This document shows, one piece after another, positions 1 through 8,707 of a stretch of DNA of 64,000 bases; the stretch's first letter is position 1; every line of letters starts with the position of its first letter. Source of the stretch: an uncultured delta proteobacterium (GTDB lineage Bacteria; Desulfobacterota; Syntrophorhabdia; Syntrophorhabdales; WCHB1-27); NCBI GenBank assembly GCA_963810935.1, contig CAWEPK010000010.1, forward strand, positions 160,001 to 224,000, given 5' to 3'. The notes under the pieces are model-generated. The model did not search any database and was not told the DNA's origin. It was given only the letters and a program-made list of their open reading frames with translations. Both the position numbers and the translations under genes were made by a program.

Positions 1-256
1 TTGCCTTCGCAAAGTCCCTTACCTGCCTGGGGTTTACCACCACTACGGGGAGTTTGCGTAAGGCCAGGGTTTCTACTACAGGTATCTGGTACCCTCCGGT
101 GGCCTCCAGCACCACCAGCCCAGGGCGCGCATCTGAGAGGAACCGGCTGAGTTCCTTTCGTCCCTCATCATTGTTGAGGAAGCTCTTTTGCGTACCGGGC
201 GTAATGAAGACTTCCAACGTATCCTTTGCCACATCGATGCCTGCGAACTTTTCCAC
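1..256 (-). CDS. IS110-family DEDD recombinase/transposase, N-terminal part (runs off window start; not in ORF track)
   Basis: Manual translation from GTG at 256 (RBS AAGGAGG at 270-264): MEKFAGIDVAKDTLEVFITPGTQKSFLNNDEGRKELSRFLSDARPGLVVLEATGGYQIPVVETLALRKLPVVVVNPRQVRDFAKA. GIDVAK, LEATGGY and VNPRQVRDFAKA are IS110 RuvC-like domain motifs. Confidence 0.95.
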   Translation of the reverse strand, partial: MEKFAGIDVAKDTLEVFITPGTQKSFLNNDEGRKELSRFLSDARPGLVVLEATGGYQIPVVETLALRKLPVVVVNPRQVRDFAKA

Positions 257-260
257 TATC

Positions 261-440
261 GCTCCTCCTTGCGAAATGCGGGCTCATGAGGCCCAAGCAA
301 CTGTCCGAGCTTGTAGGGAATGGGGTGTGACGACCCGCGCTCGGCGCCGGGATCATATGTCCCAAGGGGGAATCGGCCTGTCACACCCTGATGCTTCCTG
401 GGATAAGTATAGTCAGATGACAGCAGGTAAGAAAACATGC
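261..440 (-). ncRNA. Putative bridge RNA (target-binding loop plus donor-binding loop)
   Basis: Target loop is closed by perfect stem GGGTGTGAC (388-380) / GTCACACCC (331-323), with internal hairpin GGGA..TCCC flanked by ATTCCCCCT and GCGCCGAG. Donor loop is closed by GCTC/GAGC, with internal hairpin GGGC..GCCC flanked by ACAGTTGCT and CGCAAG. 5' boundary is approximate. Confidence 0.85.
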
Positions 441-453
441 ATATAAGATACAA

Positions 454-500
454 GGGGGGAGGCTCCGCGGGCTTTGCCCGTGGAGGGGGCGCTGAGCCCC
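454..500. repeat. REP-like GC-rich hairpin at the IS110 insertion site, just downstream of glgX
   Basis: GGGGGGAGG-CTCCGCGGGC-TTT-GCCCGTGGAG-GGGGCGCTGAGCCCC: 10-bp stem with one wobble. Only one copy is seen in this window, so repeat status is inferred. Confidence 0.45.
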
Positions 501-510
501 AATAATTGTT

Positions 511-2622
511 CTATTCCCGCCTGCGCAGCACGATGAGCGACCGGCTTTCGGTCTCAATGCTCTGGCCGGCGTTGAACGTATCGGGCTCTTCTGCAAACTT
601 CCCTTCGTGGGTGGAGAAATTTTTTTCCCAGACCTTGCCCCATTTCCCCTCAGGAAGGGTGAATACCAGCTTTTCGTAGTGGGCATTAAGTATAAGATAG
701 AAGCTGTCGTCAACGATGCGCTGCCCGAATTCGTCCTGGTCGGGTATGGCCTGGCCTTCCAGGAAGACGGCCATCGATTTGGCGAAGCCTTCCTGCCACT
801 CGCCCTGCGTCATCTTCGTGCCGTTGGGGTTGAACCAGGCGATGTCCTCTATCTCGGAGCCTTCGACGGCCCCCTTGAACCACCTTGGACGCTGGAATAT
901 CTGGTGGTTGAGGCGGAAATGTATAAGACGGCTGGTAAAATAGATGAGGTCCCTGTCTGCCGCATCCCAGTCGTACCAGGAGATCTCGTTGTCCTGGCAG
1001 TAAGTGTTGTTGTTCCCTCTCTGGGTGCGGCCCATCTCGTCCCCGCCGGAGATCATGGGGATACCCTGGGAAAGGAGCAGGGTCGCGAGAAAATTCCTCT
1101 TCTGCTTCGCACGAAGCGCCAGCACGCCTGTGTCGTCCGTAGCCCCTTCGGCGCCGCAGTTCCAGGAACGGTTGTTGCTCTCCCCGTCCCTGTTGTCCTC
1201 ACCGTTCGCCTCGTTGTGCTTCTCATTATAGGAGACGAGGTCGGATAGCGTAAAACCGTCATGGCACGTATTAAAGTTGATGCTCGCGAACGGACGCCGG
1301 CCGGTACTCTCGTAGAGGTCTGAGCTTCCCATGATGCGGCCGGCCATTTCTGCCAGGGTGCACCCTTGGCCCCGCCAGAAGTCACGCACGCAGTCCCTGT
1401 ATTTTCCGTTCCACTCGGACCACAGGGGCGGGAAGTTGCCTACCTGGTACCCGCCTTCCCCGATATCCCATGGCTCGGCAATCAGCTTCACCTGCCCCAC
1501 TACAGGGTCCTGCTGGATGATATCGAAGAAAGCGGAAAGGCGGTCCACCTCATGCAGTTCCCTGGCCAGGGCGGCGGCTAAGTCGAACCGGAAGCCGTCC
1601 ACGTGCATCTCCAGCACCCAGTACCGCAGCGAATCCATGATAAGCTGCAGCACGTGCGGGTGGCGCATGTTAAGGCTGTTGCCGGTCCCCGTATAGTCCA
1701 TGTAGTGGCGCAGGTCGTCCGGGTTGAGCCGGTAATAGGCGGAGTTGTCGATGCCTTTGAAGCAGAGCATCGGCCCCAGGTGGTTCCCTTCGGCTGTATG
1801 GTTATAGACGACGTCGAGGATCACCTCGATGTCCTGCCCGTGCAGGTTCTTTACCATCTGCTTGAAATCCTGCACCTGCTGGCCCGCCTGCCCCCTGCTC
1901 GAATATTCGTTGTGGGGGGCGAAGAACCCTATCGAGTCATATCCCCAGTAATTGCGAAGTCCCCTCTCGATGAGGTGCTTCTGGTGGATAAACTGGTGCA
2001 CGGGCAGCAGTTCCACGGCCGTGACTCCCAGCCTTTTCAGGTATCCGACCACGGCCGGGTGCGCCAGGCCCGCGTAGGTGCCGCGTATTTCTTCGGGCAC
2101 TTCCGGGTTCCTGGCGGTCAATCCTTTCACGTGCGTCTCGTAGACTATCGTCTGCTGCCAGGGCACCCGCAGGGGCTCGTCATGGTCCCAGTCGAAGAAA
2201 GGGTTTACGACGATGCACTTTGGGACGAATCGGCCGCTGTCGTCCTCGTTCTTGCTTCCTTCCGGTTTGTCGAAATAGTAGGGAAAGACGGCCTGGTTCC
2301 AATCTATCTGGCCATCAATCGCCTTGGCGTACGGGTCGAGGAGCAGTTTTGCCGGGTTGCAGAAAAGGCCTTTCTCGGGCGCCCACGGGCCGTGAACCCG
2401 GAACCCGTACCTTTGGCCCGGCTCGATGTTCGGCAGGTAGCCGTGCCAGCAGAAGGCCGTTTTTTCCGGGAGGTCTACACGCCTTTCCCCGTGCGCCTCG
2501 TCGAAGAGGCAAAGCTCGACCCTCTCCGCTGTTTCAGAGAAGATCGAAAAGTTAGTTCCCGTCCCGTTATAGGTCGCGCCCAGGGGATATGGCCGCCCCG
2601 GCCAGACCTTGAAGAAACCCAA
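511..2622 (-). CDS. glgX: Glycogen debranching enzyme (isoamylase, GH13)
   Basis: 703 aa; PYPLGAT, NYWGY, DVVYNHTAEG, DGFRFDLA, AEPWD, CHDGFTL and NNNTYCQDNE motifs; TTG start with GGAGG RBS. Confidence 0.97.
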   Translation of the reverse strand: MGFFKVWPGRPYPLGATYNGTGTNFSIFSETAERVELCLFDEAHGERRVDLPEKTAFCWHGYLPNIEPGQRYGFRVHGPWAPEKGLFCNPAKLLLDPYAKAIDGQIDWNQAVFPYYFDKPEGSKNEDDSGRFVPKCIVVNPFFDWDHDEPLRVPWQQTIVYETHVKGLTARNPEVPEEIRGTYAGLAHPAVVGYLKRLGVTAVELLPVHQFIHQKHLIERGLRNYWGYDSIGFFAPHNEYSSRGQAGQQVQDFKQMVKNLHGQDIEVILDVVYNHTAEGNHLGPMLCFKGIDNSAYYRLNPDDLRHYMDYTGTGNSLNMRHPHVLQLIMDSLRYWVLEMHVDGFRFDLAAALARELHEVDRLSAFFDIIQQDPVVGQVKLIAEPWDIGEGGYQVGNFPPLWSEWNGKYRDCVRDFWRGQGCTLAEMAGRIMGSSDLYESTGRRPFASINFNTCHDGFTLSDLVSYNEKHNEANGEDNRDGESNNRSWNCGAEGATDDTGVLALRAKQKRNFLATLLLSQGIPMISGGDEMGRTQRGNNNTYCQDNEISWYDWDAADRDLIYFTSRLIHFRLNHQIFQRPRWFKGAVEGSEIEDIAWFNPNGTKMTQGEWQEGFAKSMAVFLEGQAIPDQDEFGQRIVDDSFYLILNAHYEKLVFTLPEGKWGKVWEKNFSTHEGKFAEEPDTFNAGQSIETESRSLIVLRRRE

Positions 2623-2831
2623 AGACGCCTCCGCTTGAGGGCTATCCGGTATAAAAAAACATAGGGCTCGCCGGATGCCGTTTCAACAGCTTCACTCCGC
2701 CCACCCCCTCCGTGACCGTTGCCTTTGCCTTCTTCCTTGACAGTTATTGGGCCGGTATTAGCTTTACCATAACAAATAGTTGAGGGCTCGAACGTCTGAT
2801 GCAATCCCCATCATTGCAAAGGAGAATATGA

Positions 2832-3230
2832 ATGGACAGAGGCCGGAAAGGCTTGTTTTCGGAAGCGGCGGTTGCGGTGTTCCTTGTCGGTATGCTCCTC
2901 ATCGCCGGGTGCGCCGGTGAAAAGCCCGTATCGAGTCTTAATAACGCCCAATATGCCATTCAAAGGGCGCATGACGCAAAGGCAGACCAGTATGCCTCCA
3001 CGGAAATGGGCATGGCGGAGGAAAAAATGGGCCAGGCAAGGACTGCTTCCGGCCATGAAGACTACGTCAGGGCGCGCCGACTGGCGGACGAGGCAAGGGC
3101 GGACGCAGAGGCAGCCGAGGCAAAGGCCAGGTCTCAGACTGCACAGCAGGAAGCCCGGGAGATGCAGAAGAGCGTGAACGACCTTCAGGCCAATATTTCC
3201 CCGCCCCCTGCGACCATGGGGGGAGAATAA
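2832..3230 (+). CDS. DUF4398-type lipoprotein
   Basis: Lipobox IAGC; Ala-rich helix (ARRLADEARADAEAAEAKAR); typical partner upstream of an OmpA gene. Confidence 0.8.
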   Translation: MDRGRKGLFSEAAVAVFLVGMLLIAGCAGEKPVSSLNNAQYAIQRAHDAKADQYASTEMGMAEEKMGQARTASGHEDYVRARRLADEARADAEAAEAKARSQTAQQEAREMQKSVNDLQANISPPPATMGGE

Positions 3231-3339
3231 CGCCCGAGCGCGAGTGCCCGGACCGATGGGCGCTGGGGAAGCGGTCCGTCAGGCCCGTAAACGTACGGGG
3301 CAGCATTCGGCCCCCGCAACAGCATAAATGAAGGAGACG

Positions 3340-4233
3340 ATGATGAAAAATAGAAGAGGAGCCTTTTACGTAGCCGGGCTGATGTGCATAATGGCCGTCA
3401 TTTTGGCGGCCGCCGGGTGCAGCACGCATACGGCTGCCCTGGATAACGCCCGCGCTTCGTACCAGCAGGCGTCGGCGAACCCGACCGTTACTTCGAACGC
3501 CCCCGGAACGCTGCATGAGGCGCAGGAATCGCTGCAAAAAGCCGAGAAGGCAGGCAACGACAAGGAGCAGGAACATTGGGCCTACATCTCTCAGAGACAG
3601 ACCGAGCAGGCCATCTCCCAGGCCAACCAGAAGGCGGCTGAGCAGCAGATGGCACAGGCTGCGAGAAAGAGAGACCAGATACTGCTCCAGTCGCGGGAAC
3701 AGCAAGCGACAGCGGCCTCAGCAGAGGCGCAGTCGAAGACACGTGAGGCGCAGACGGCAAAAGAAGAAGCAGCCAGGTCACAGGGAGAAGGCCGGATGGC
3801 CGCAGCACAGGCAAGCCTCGCACAGAGCCAGGTTGAGCAGCTTCAGGCCCAGATGGCGGACATGTGGGCGATGCAGACCCAACAGGGCGGCGTCTCGCTC
3901 ACGATGGGCGACATCATGTTCGAGCCGCGTCATGCCGCGCTGACGCCCGCGGCTATGGCAGACGTGAACAGGCTGGCCGACATACTCCTGCAGAACCCGA
4001 ACGAGCAGGTTAAGATCGAGGGCCACACGGACAACGTCGGTAATACCATAGAAAACCAGGTGTTGTCGGACGAAAGGGCGAACGCCGTCCGCGACGCGCT
4101 GATAGCGAGAGGGGTGAGCCCCGACCGGATAACCGCGCAGGGTCTAGGCGCGAGGTATCCTATAGCCGCCAATGATACGGAAATGGGCAGGCAGGAGAAC
4201 CGGCGCGTGGAGATCTCGATAATGGGAATGTGA
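3340..4233 (+). CDS. DUF4398 + coiled-coil + OmpA-family lipoprotein
   Basis: Lipobox AAGC; C-terminal IEGHTDNVG..NQVLSDERA..V..AL..RG..G.GARYPIAAN..GRQENRRVEI; start chosen after AAGGAG. Confidence 0.9.
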   Translation: MMKNRRGAFYVAGLMCIMAVILAAAGCSTHTAALDNARASYQQASANPTVTSNAPGTLHEAQESLQKAEKAGNDKEQEHWAYISQRQTEQAISQANQKAAEQQMAQAARKRDQILLQSREQQATAASAEAQSKTREAQTAKEEAARSQGEGRMAAAQASLAQSQVEQLQAQMADMWAMQTQQGGVSLTMGDIMFEPRHAALTPAAMADVNRLADILLQNPNEQVKIEGHTDNVGNTIENQVLSDERANAVRDALIARGVSPDRITAQGLGARYPIAANDTEMGRQENRRVEISIMGM

Positions 4234-4404
4234 TAGATACCCGGTATCTCCTTAAAAGCGGTAGCACACGGCTGTCGTAGGCCAAATATAACTCGGACTT
4301 CCGCGTTTGCAACGTGCGTCCCGACGGCTTGCCCCCACGGCCTCCCGGCCTTATGTTCTTTTGGGCGGAAAAAAAAGGAACATATTGGGCATTCAGGAGG
4401 CGCC

Positions 4405-5736
4405 GTGAGGGCATCCGCGATTTCACATTTCTTTTCGGCCGGTATATTCGAGATACACCTCGGCGATTACTCTCCCATCCGGGCCTTTTTCCTGCGCTGG
4501 CTGCGCGTCGTTATCTTCGCGTTCCACGGGTTTATCAAAGACGGCTGCGCGTCGCGGGCCTCGCTGCTGACATATTACTCCCTCTTTGCCATAGTGCCCG
4601 TCCTGGCGATGGCCTTCGGCATAGCGAGGGGGTTCGGCCTGGAAAGGCTGGCCGAGGCGCGCACGGCCCAGATGGCGCAGGGGATGAATTGGCCGCCGGA
4701 AGTCATCGGCCAGGTTATCTCCTTCTCCAGGACGATGCTGGCGAAGACCAGCGGGGGCCTCATCGCAGGGATCGGGTTCGTAGCGCTTTTCTGGTCCGTC
4801 CTCTCCATATTACGCAGCATCGAACAGACGCTGAACGACATCTGGCAGGTCCGTGAGTCGAGGACAATGGTAAGGAGGGTAACGGACTATCTCGCGGTGG
4901 TCGTCTTCACGCCGATCCTTATCGTCATATCGGGCAGTGCGACCATCTTCCTGGAGAGCGAGGTGGCTATAATAAGCCGCCGGTCCCCCCTTTTGGGCGA
5001 CTTCGGGCCGGTCATTTACGTCGCCCTCGGGGCATTGCCCTACCTGTCCATCTGCGGCATGCTGATACTTACCTACCTAGTCATACCCAACACGCGCGTT
5101 CGGGTCCGCTCCGCAGTCGCCGCCGCCCTATTCACCGCAGTCATTTACCAGAGCGTTCAGTTCATCTATATCAAGTTCCAGTTGGGGGTCGCGAGCTACG
5201 GTGCGATCTACGGCGGCTTCGCCGCGGTGCCCCTCTTCATCGTCTGGCTCCGGCTGAGCTGGATGATCGTCCTGTACGGCGCGGAGATCGCGGTGGCTGA
5301 CGAGAACAGGGAGACCTACGGTTTTCACCCGCACGTATCGGATATGAGCGTCTGGTCCAAAAAAGTGCTTTTTTTGCAGGCCTTCAATCTCATATCGAAA
5401 AGGTTCACGGAAGGCGCACCACCGTTGTCGCCTTATGCAATCTCGCAAGCCCTGAAGCTGCCGATGCGCCTTACCAGGCACATCCTGTACGAGCTTGTGG
5501 GCGCCGGGCTTATTATCAAGACCGCCCTATACGTGGACGGAGAACAAGCCTATCAGCCGGCCAGATCGACGGAGGGCATGCGCATCCAGGCCCCCATCGA
5601 GGCGTACGAACACATCGGTGACGACCCCGATGCGCCTCAAGGACGGGACGGGGGCGACAGGATGGCTGCCCTTCTGGAAAGGCTGGAGGCTGCTGCGGCA
5701 AGGCTGCCCGAAAACGTGCTGCTCAAAGAGGTATGA
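4405..5736 (+). CDS. YihY/BrkB-family membrane protein with C-terminal winged-HTH-like extension
   Basis: ASLLTYYSLFAIVP, IEQTLNDIW, YGAIYGGFAAVPLFIVWL..SW.IVLYGAE motifs; AGGAGG before GTG. Confidence 0.9.
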   Translation: MRASAISHFFSAGIFEIHLGDYSPIRAFFLRWLRVVIFAFHGFIKDGCASRASLLTYYSLFAIVPVLAMAFGIARGFGLERLAEARTAQMAQGMNWPPEVIGQVISFSRTMLAKTSGGLIAGIGFVALFWSVLSILRSIEQTLNDIWQVRESRTMVRRVTDYLAVVVFTPILIVISGSATIFLESEVAIISRRSPLLGDFGPVIYVALGALPYLSICGMLILTYLVIPNTRVRVRSAVAAALFTAVIYQSVQFIYIKFQLGVASYGAIYGGFAAVPLFIVWLRLSWMIVLYGAEIAVADENRETYGFHPHVSDMSVWSKKVLFLQAFNLISKRFTEGAPPLSPYAISQALKLPMRLTRHILYELVGAGLIIKTALYVDGEQAYQPARSTEGMRIQAPIEAYEHIGDDPDAPQGRDGGDRMAALLERLEAAAARLPENVLLKEV

Positions 5737-5746
5737 GGCCCCAGGG

Positions 5747-7384
5747 TCAGTCGATTTCCTTCAAAAGCACGAGCCGGCCGATTGAATCACGATAGACGAC
5801 GGCGAACTTTCCCGCAGAGAGAAGCTCCCCCTCGAGCCGGCCGCGTGTATCCCTGATCACGACGAATGCACCCTCGTCATTGTTAATCGACTGCATCAGG
5901 CTGGGCAGGTCCGGCTCCTCTTGCAGGAAGCGACCTGTGTAAAAAGGGATCGCTCCACGCAGCGTCTCGTCGGGCTTGTAGGCGTAGAGGGATGCGCCCG
6001 GCGGCACTGAAGCCGAGACTACATTGCAGAATGGGACGAAGCTCTTGTACCGGTCAAGGATCGGAAAAACGCAGGTCAGAAAAAAAAGCAGAAGCGCGAA
6101 GACCGAGACGCAGGAGAAGGCCCAGAAGCGCCCGATCTCTTTAGCACGGACGGTGAGCGCCCGCCAGGAAAAGAACACAGCGGCAGCGGAGAAGAGAAGG
6201 AGCGCGCCGATGAGCGAGATGGATACATCGAATCCGTATTTTTTCGAAGCGTAAAGGGTAAACGGGGTTATCGCCACGCCCACGGCGAGAAGAAAGACGC
6301 CGAAAAGATATATAAAGAAACGCTCGAAGCCGCTCAAGGCCCTCTTCGTGAGTGTTTCTTCGATGAAAATAGCGGTAAGGAGCGATGCAGGGGCAAAGAG
6401 CGGCATCATATAGAGTACCCGCTTGGTCGACGCCGCGCTCAGTAAGATAAAACCCGCTATGAACCAGCATTTGGCAAGGAGCACCCCTTTTTTCGCATCT
6501 CCCTCCTTGCGGGAGCGGAAAGCCCACACGAGCGCAGGCAGTATCAAAATGCACCACGGCGCAAAACCCGCCGGGAACCCGGTGAGATAATAGTAAAAAG
6601 GCTGGTTGTGTCCCGTCTGGCCGCCCAGTATCCTTTCCAGGTGGTTGTGGACCAGGAATATCCGCAGGTAGTCCCAGCCACCTTCCCGGAAGAGCATCGC
6701 AAACCAGGGGAGCACGGCGGCCAGCAGGATAAGCGCCCCTAGCCAGAGACGCATGCGGAAAAGCTCTTTCAGGTTCCTGTCCATGGTGAGAAAAACGAGG
6801 ACGACGAGGGCAGGCAGGACGATGCCTATAAAGCCTTTTGTGAGGAAAGCCAGCGTAAAGAACAGATACGCAAAGGTATAGAAGAGCCGACGTTTCCACC
6901 CGTCCAGCCTCAGGTATGCGGCTGCAAAGAAAACCACGGCCCAGGTAATGAAGCACGCGAGGCCGCTGTCTACAACGACCCAGTGGGCTACGCGCAGGTA
7001 TTCGCCGCTCGTCGCCAAAATAAAAGCGGAGATGAAGGCCGTCCTCGGACTGAAAAAGAAGCGGCCGAGGAAAAAGAGGGCAAGCACGCCGCCGAGCCCG
7101 AAGACTGCGGAAGGCAGCCTGGCCGTCTTGTCGGAAACGCCCCGTGCCTTAAAGACCGCCGCGAGGGCGCCATAGTAAAGGGGCGGTTCTTCGAGGAAAG
7201 GTCTGCGGTCGAGCGTCGGCACAGCGATTCGGCCGGATACTGCCATCTCCCTTCCTATCTCGGCCACCCTCGGCTCGTCCGGGGTCATAAGGCCGTGGTT
7301 AAAAAGACCGAAGGAAAAAAGCGGAACGACCGCGACGACGAGCAGAACCAAATAGAAGACGGCGCCTTTTTCTTTCCCGGCCAT
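5747..7384 (-). CDS. ArnT/PMT-like glycosyltransferase (GT39/GT83)
   Basis: PDEPRVAEIGREM, FLEEPPLYY, ARLPSA, LTKG, H.QPFYYY, KR..Y motifs; many TM helices. Confidence 0.9.
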   Translation of the reverse strand: MAGKEKGAVFYLVLLVVAVVPLFSFGLFNHGLMTPDEPRVAEIGREMAVSGRIAVPTLDRRPFLEEPPLYYGALAAVFKARGVSDKTARLPSAVFGLGGVLALFFLGRFFFSPRTAFISAFILATSGEYLRVAHWVVVDSGLACFITWAVVFFAAAYLRLDGWKRRLFYTFAYLFFTLAFLTKGFIGIVLPALVVLVFLTMDRNLKELFRMRLWLGALILLAAVLPWFAMLFREGGWDYLRIFLVHNHLERILGGQTGHNQPFYYYLTGFPAGFAPWCILILPALVWAFRSRKEGDAKKGVLLAKCWFIAGFILLSAASTKRVLYMMPLFAPASLLTAIFIEETLTKRALSGFERFFIYLFGVFLLAVGVAITPFTLYASKKYGFDVSISLIGALLLFSAAAVFFSWRALTVRAKEIGRFWAFSCVSVFALLLFFLTCVFPILDRYKSFVPFCNVVSASVPPGASLYAYKPDETLRGAIPFYTGRFLQEEPDLPSLMQSINNDEGAFVVIRDTRGRLEGELLSAGKFAVVYRDSIGRLVLLKEID

Positions 7385-7408
7385 GCTTCTTTCCCGTTCC
7401 TTAAAGCG

Positions 7409-8267
7409 CTACCCTCGCGGGTGGTGTTTCTTGTGCACCTCTTTCAGTCTTTTCCGGTCCACGTGCGTATATATCTGCGTAGTCGAGATATCTTCGTGCC
7501 CCAAAAGGAGCCTGCACCGAGCGCAGGTCCGCGCCGCCTTCGAGCAGGTGCGTTGCGAAGGTGTGGCGCAGCATGTGGGGATAGAGCGGCCCTTGCGACA
7601 GCTTGACACCGTACTTCCTGAGAAGCTTCCAGACTGCCTGCCGCGTCATGGCCGTGCCGCTGCGGTTCGGGAAGAGGCAGTGCCCTTTCGGCTTCATCTC
7701 GGACAGGTACATCTTAATGACTTCCCGTGCGTAGCTCCCGATGGGGACGATCCGCTCTTTCGAGCGCTTGCCGAGGGCGATAATGTAGCCTGCGTCGAGG
7801 TTTACGTCGCTCTTCTTCAGTGAGACCAGCTCCGAGACGCGAAGCCCGGTTGCGTAAAGCAGCTCCAGGACGGCCGCGTCGCGCAGGGCCGCCTTCTGGT
7901 CTTCGGGCAGCTTCAAAAGGCGTGACATCTCTTCTGTGCTCAGGGTCCTGGGGATAGGCGGCTTGAACTTCGGCGTCTCGACTTCCGCCAGGGGGTTGAC
8001 CGTAATCTTGCGGTCCGTCAGGAGGAACCTGTAAAATCCCCTTATCGCCGAGACGGCCCTCGTGATGGAGCGGGGCGACCTGCCGTCTGTGCGCATGCGG
8101 CCGAGGTAGGCGTCGAAGGAGACAGTCTCCAGGTCGCTCTTCGATTCTTCGAGGTAGATTATATAATTGAGGATGTCGCGGTTATACGCTTCGACCGTAT
8201 GGACGGACGCCCCGGCCTCCGTTTTTAGGTGGGTCATGAAGGCGTCGAGCTCCAGGTAGTGGTTCAT
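7409..8267 (-). CDS. xerD: Site-specific tyrosine recombinase XerD (apparent +1 frameshift at ~7511, probably a sequencing error)
   Basis: ATG at 8267 overlaps dut stop; [49 protein letters not shown] motifs. Removing one G joins VQ to [22 protein letters not shown]. Confidence 0.88.
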
Positions 8268-8707
8268 CGCCTCCCCGTCGAGCCGAAGCCCCCTTCCCCC
8301 CTTCCGCTCTCGGGCAGCCGCTCCGTCTCCTGCCATGAAACTCTGACCGTACTTTTGAAGACCATCTGGGCGATCCTGTCCCCGCCTTTGACCTCGAAGG
8401 GGGCATCGCCGAGGTTAATGAGTATCACCTTGATTTCGCCCCTGTAGTCGGCGTCTATGGTCCCGGGCGTATTGAGGACGGTAACCCCGAATTGGACGGC
8501 AAGGCCGCTCCTTGGCCTTATCTCGGCTTCAAAGCCTTCGGGGATGGCGACCGACAGGCCCGTCGGCACCAGGGCACGGCCGAGGGGGGCGAGAGTAACC
8601 GGCGCTTCGATATTTGCAACGAGGTCCATTCCGGATGAAGCGTGCGTAGCATAGCCGGGGAGCACCGACCCCGCCTTTCGGGTAACAAAGACCTTCAGCT
8701 CTTCCAT
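8264..8707 (-). CDS. dut: dUTP diphosphatase
   Basis: [42 protein letters not shown]. Confidence 0.97.
   Translation of the reverse strand: MEELKVFVTRKAGSVLPGYATHASSGMDLVANIEAPVTLAPLGRALVPTGLSVAIPEGFEAEIRPRSGLAVQFGVTVLNTPGTIDADYRGEIKVILINLGDAPFEVKGGDRIAQMVFKSTVRVSWQETERLPESGRGEGGFGSTGRR

Larger units (their letters stand above)
1..454 (-). mobile_element. IS110-group insertion sequence (left end plus start of recombinase; right end outside window)
   Basis: Recombinase CDS preceded by ~200 nt of non-coding end that begins (minus strand) CT|TGTATCTTATAT at 454. This is the same CT core + TGTAT start as the IS621 donor junction. Confidence 0.9.

Noticed and set aside
54..713. ORF-track ORFs 54..446, 168..365, 256..453 and 381..713
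   Set aside because: They overlap the IS110 recombinase, its structured non-coding end, or glgX, and show no recognisable protein features.
1603..2664. 353-aa plus-strand ORF
   Set aside because: Antisense shadow of glgX, typical of GC-rich coding DNA.
4257..4265. AGCGGTAGC ops-like sequence
   Set aside because: Imperfect match and not ahead of a long operon; likely chance.
7409..8267. Tyrosine recombinase as a prophage or island integrase
   Set aside because: XerD-type motifs, translationally coupled to housekeeping genes, with no att site or cargo.
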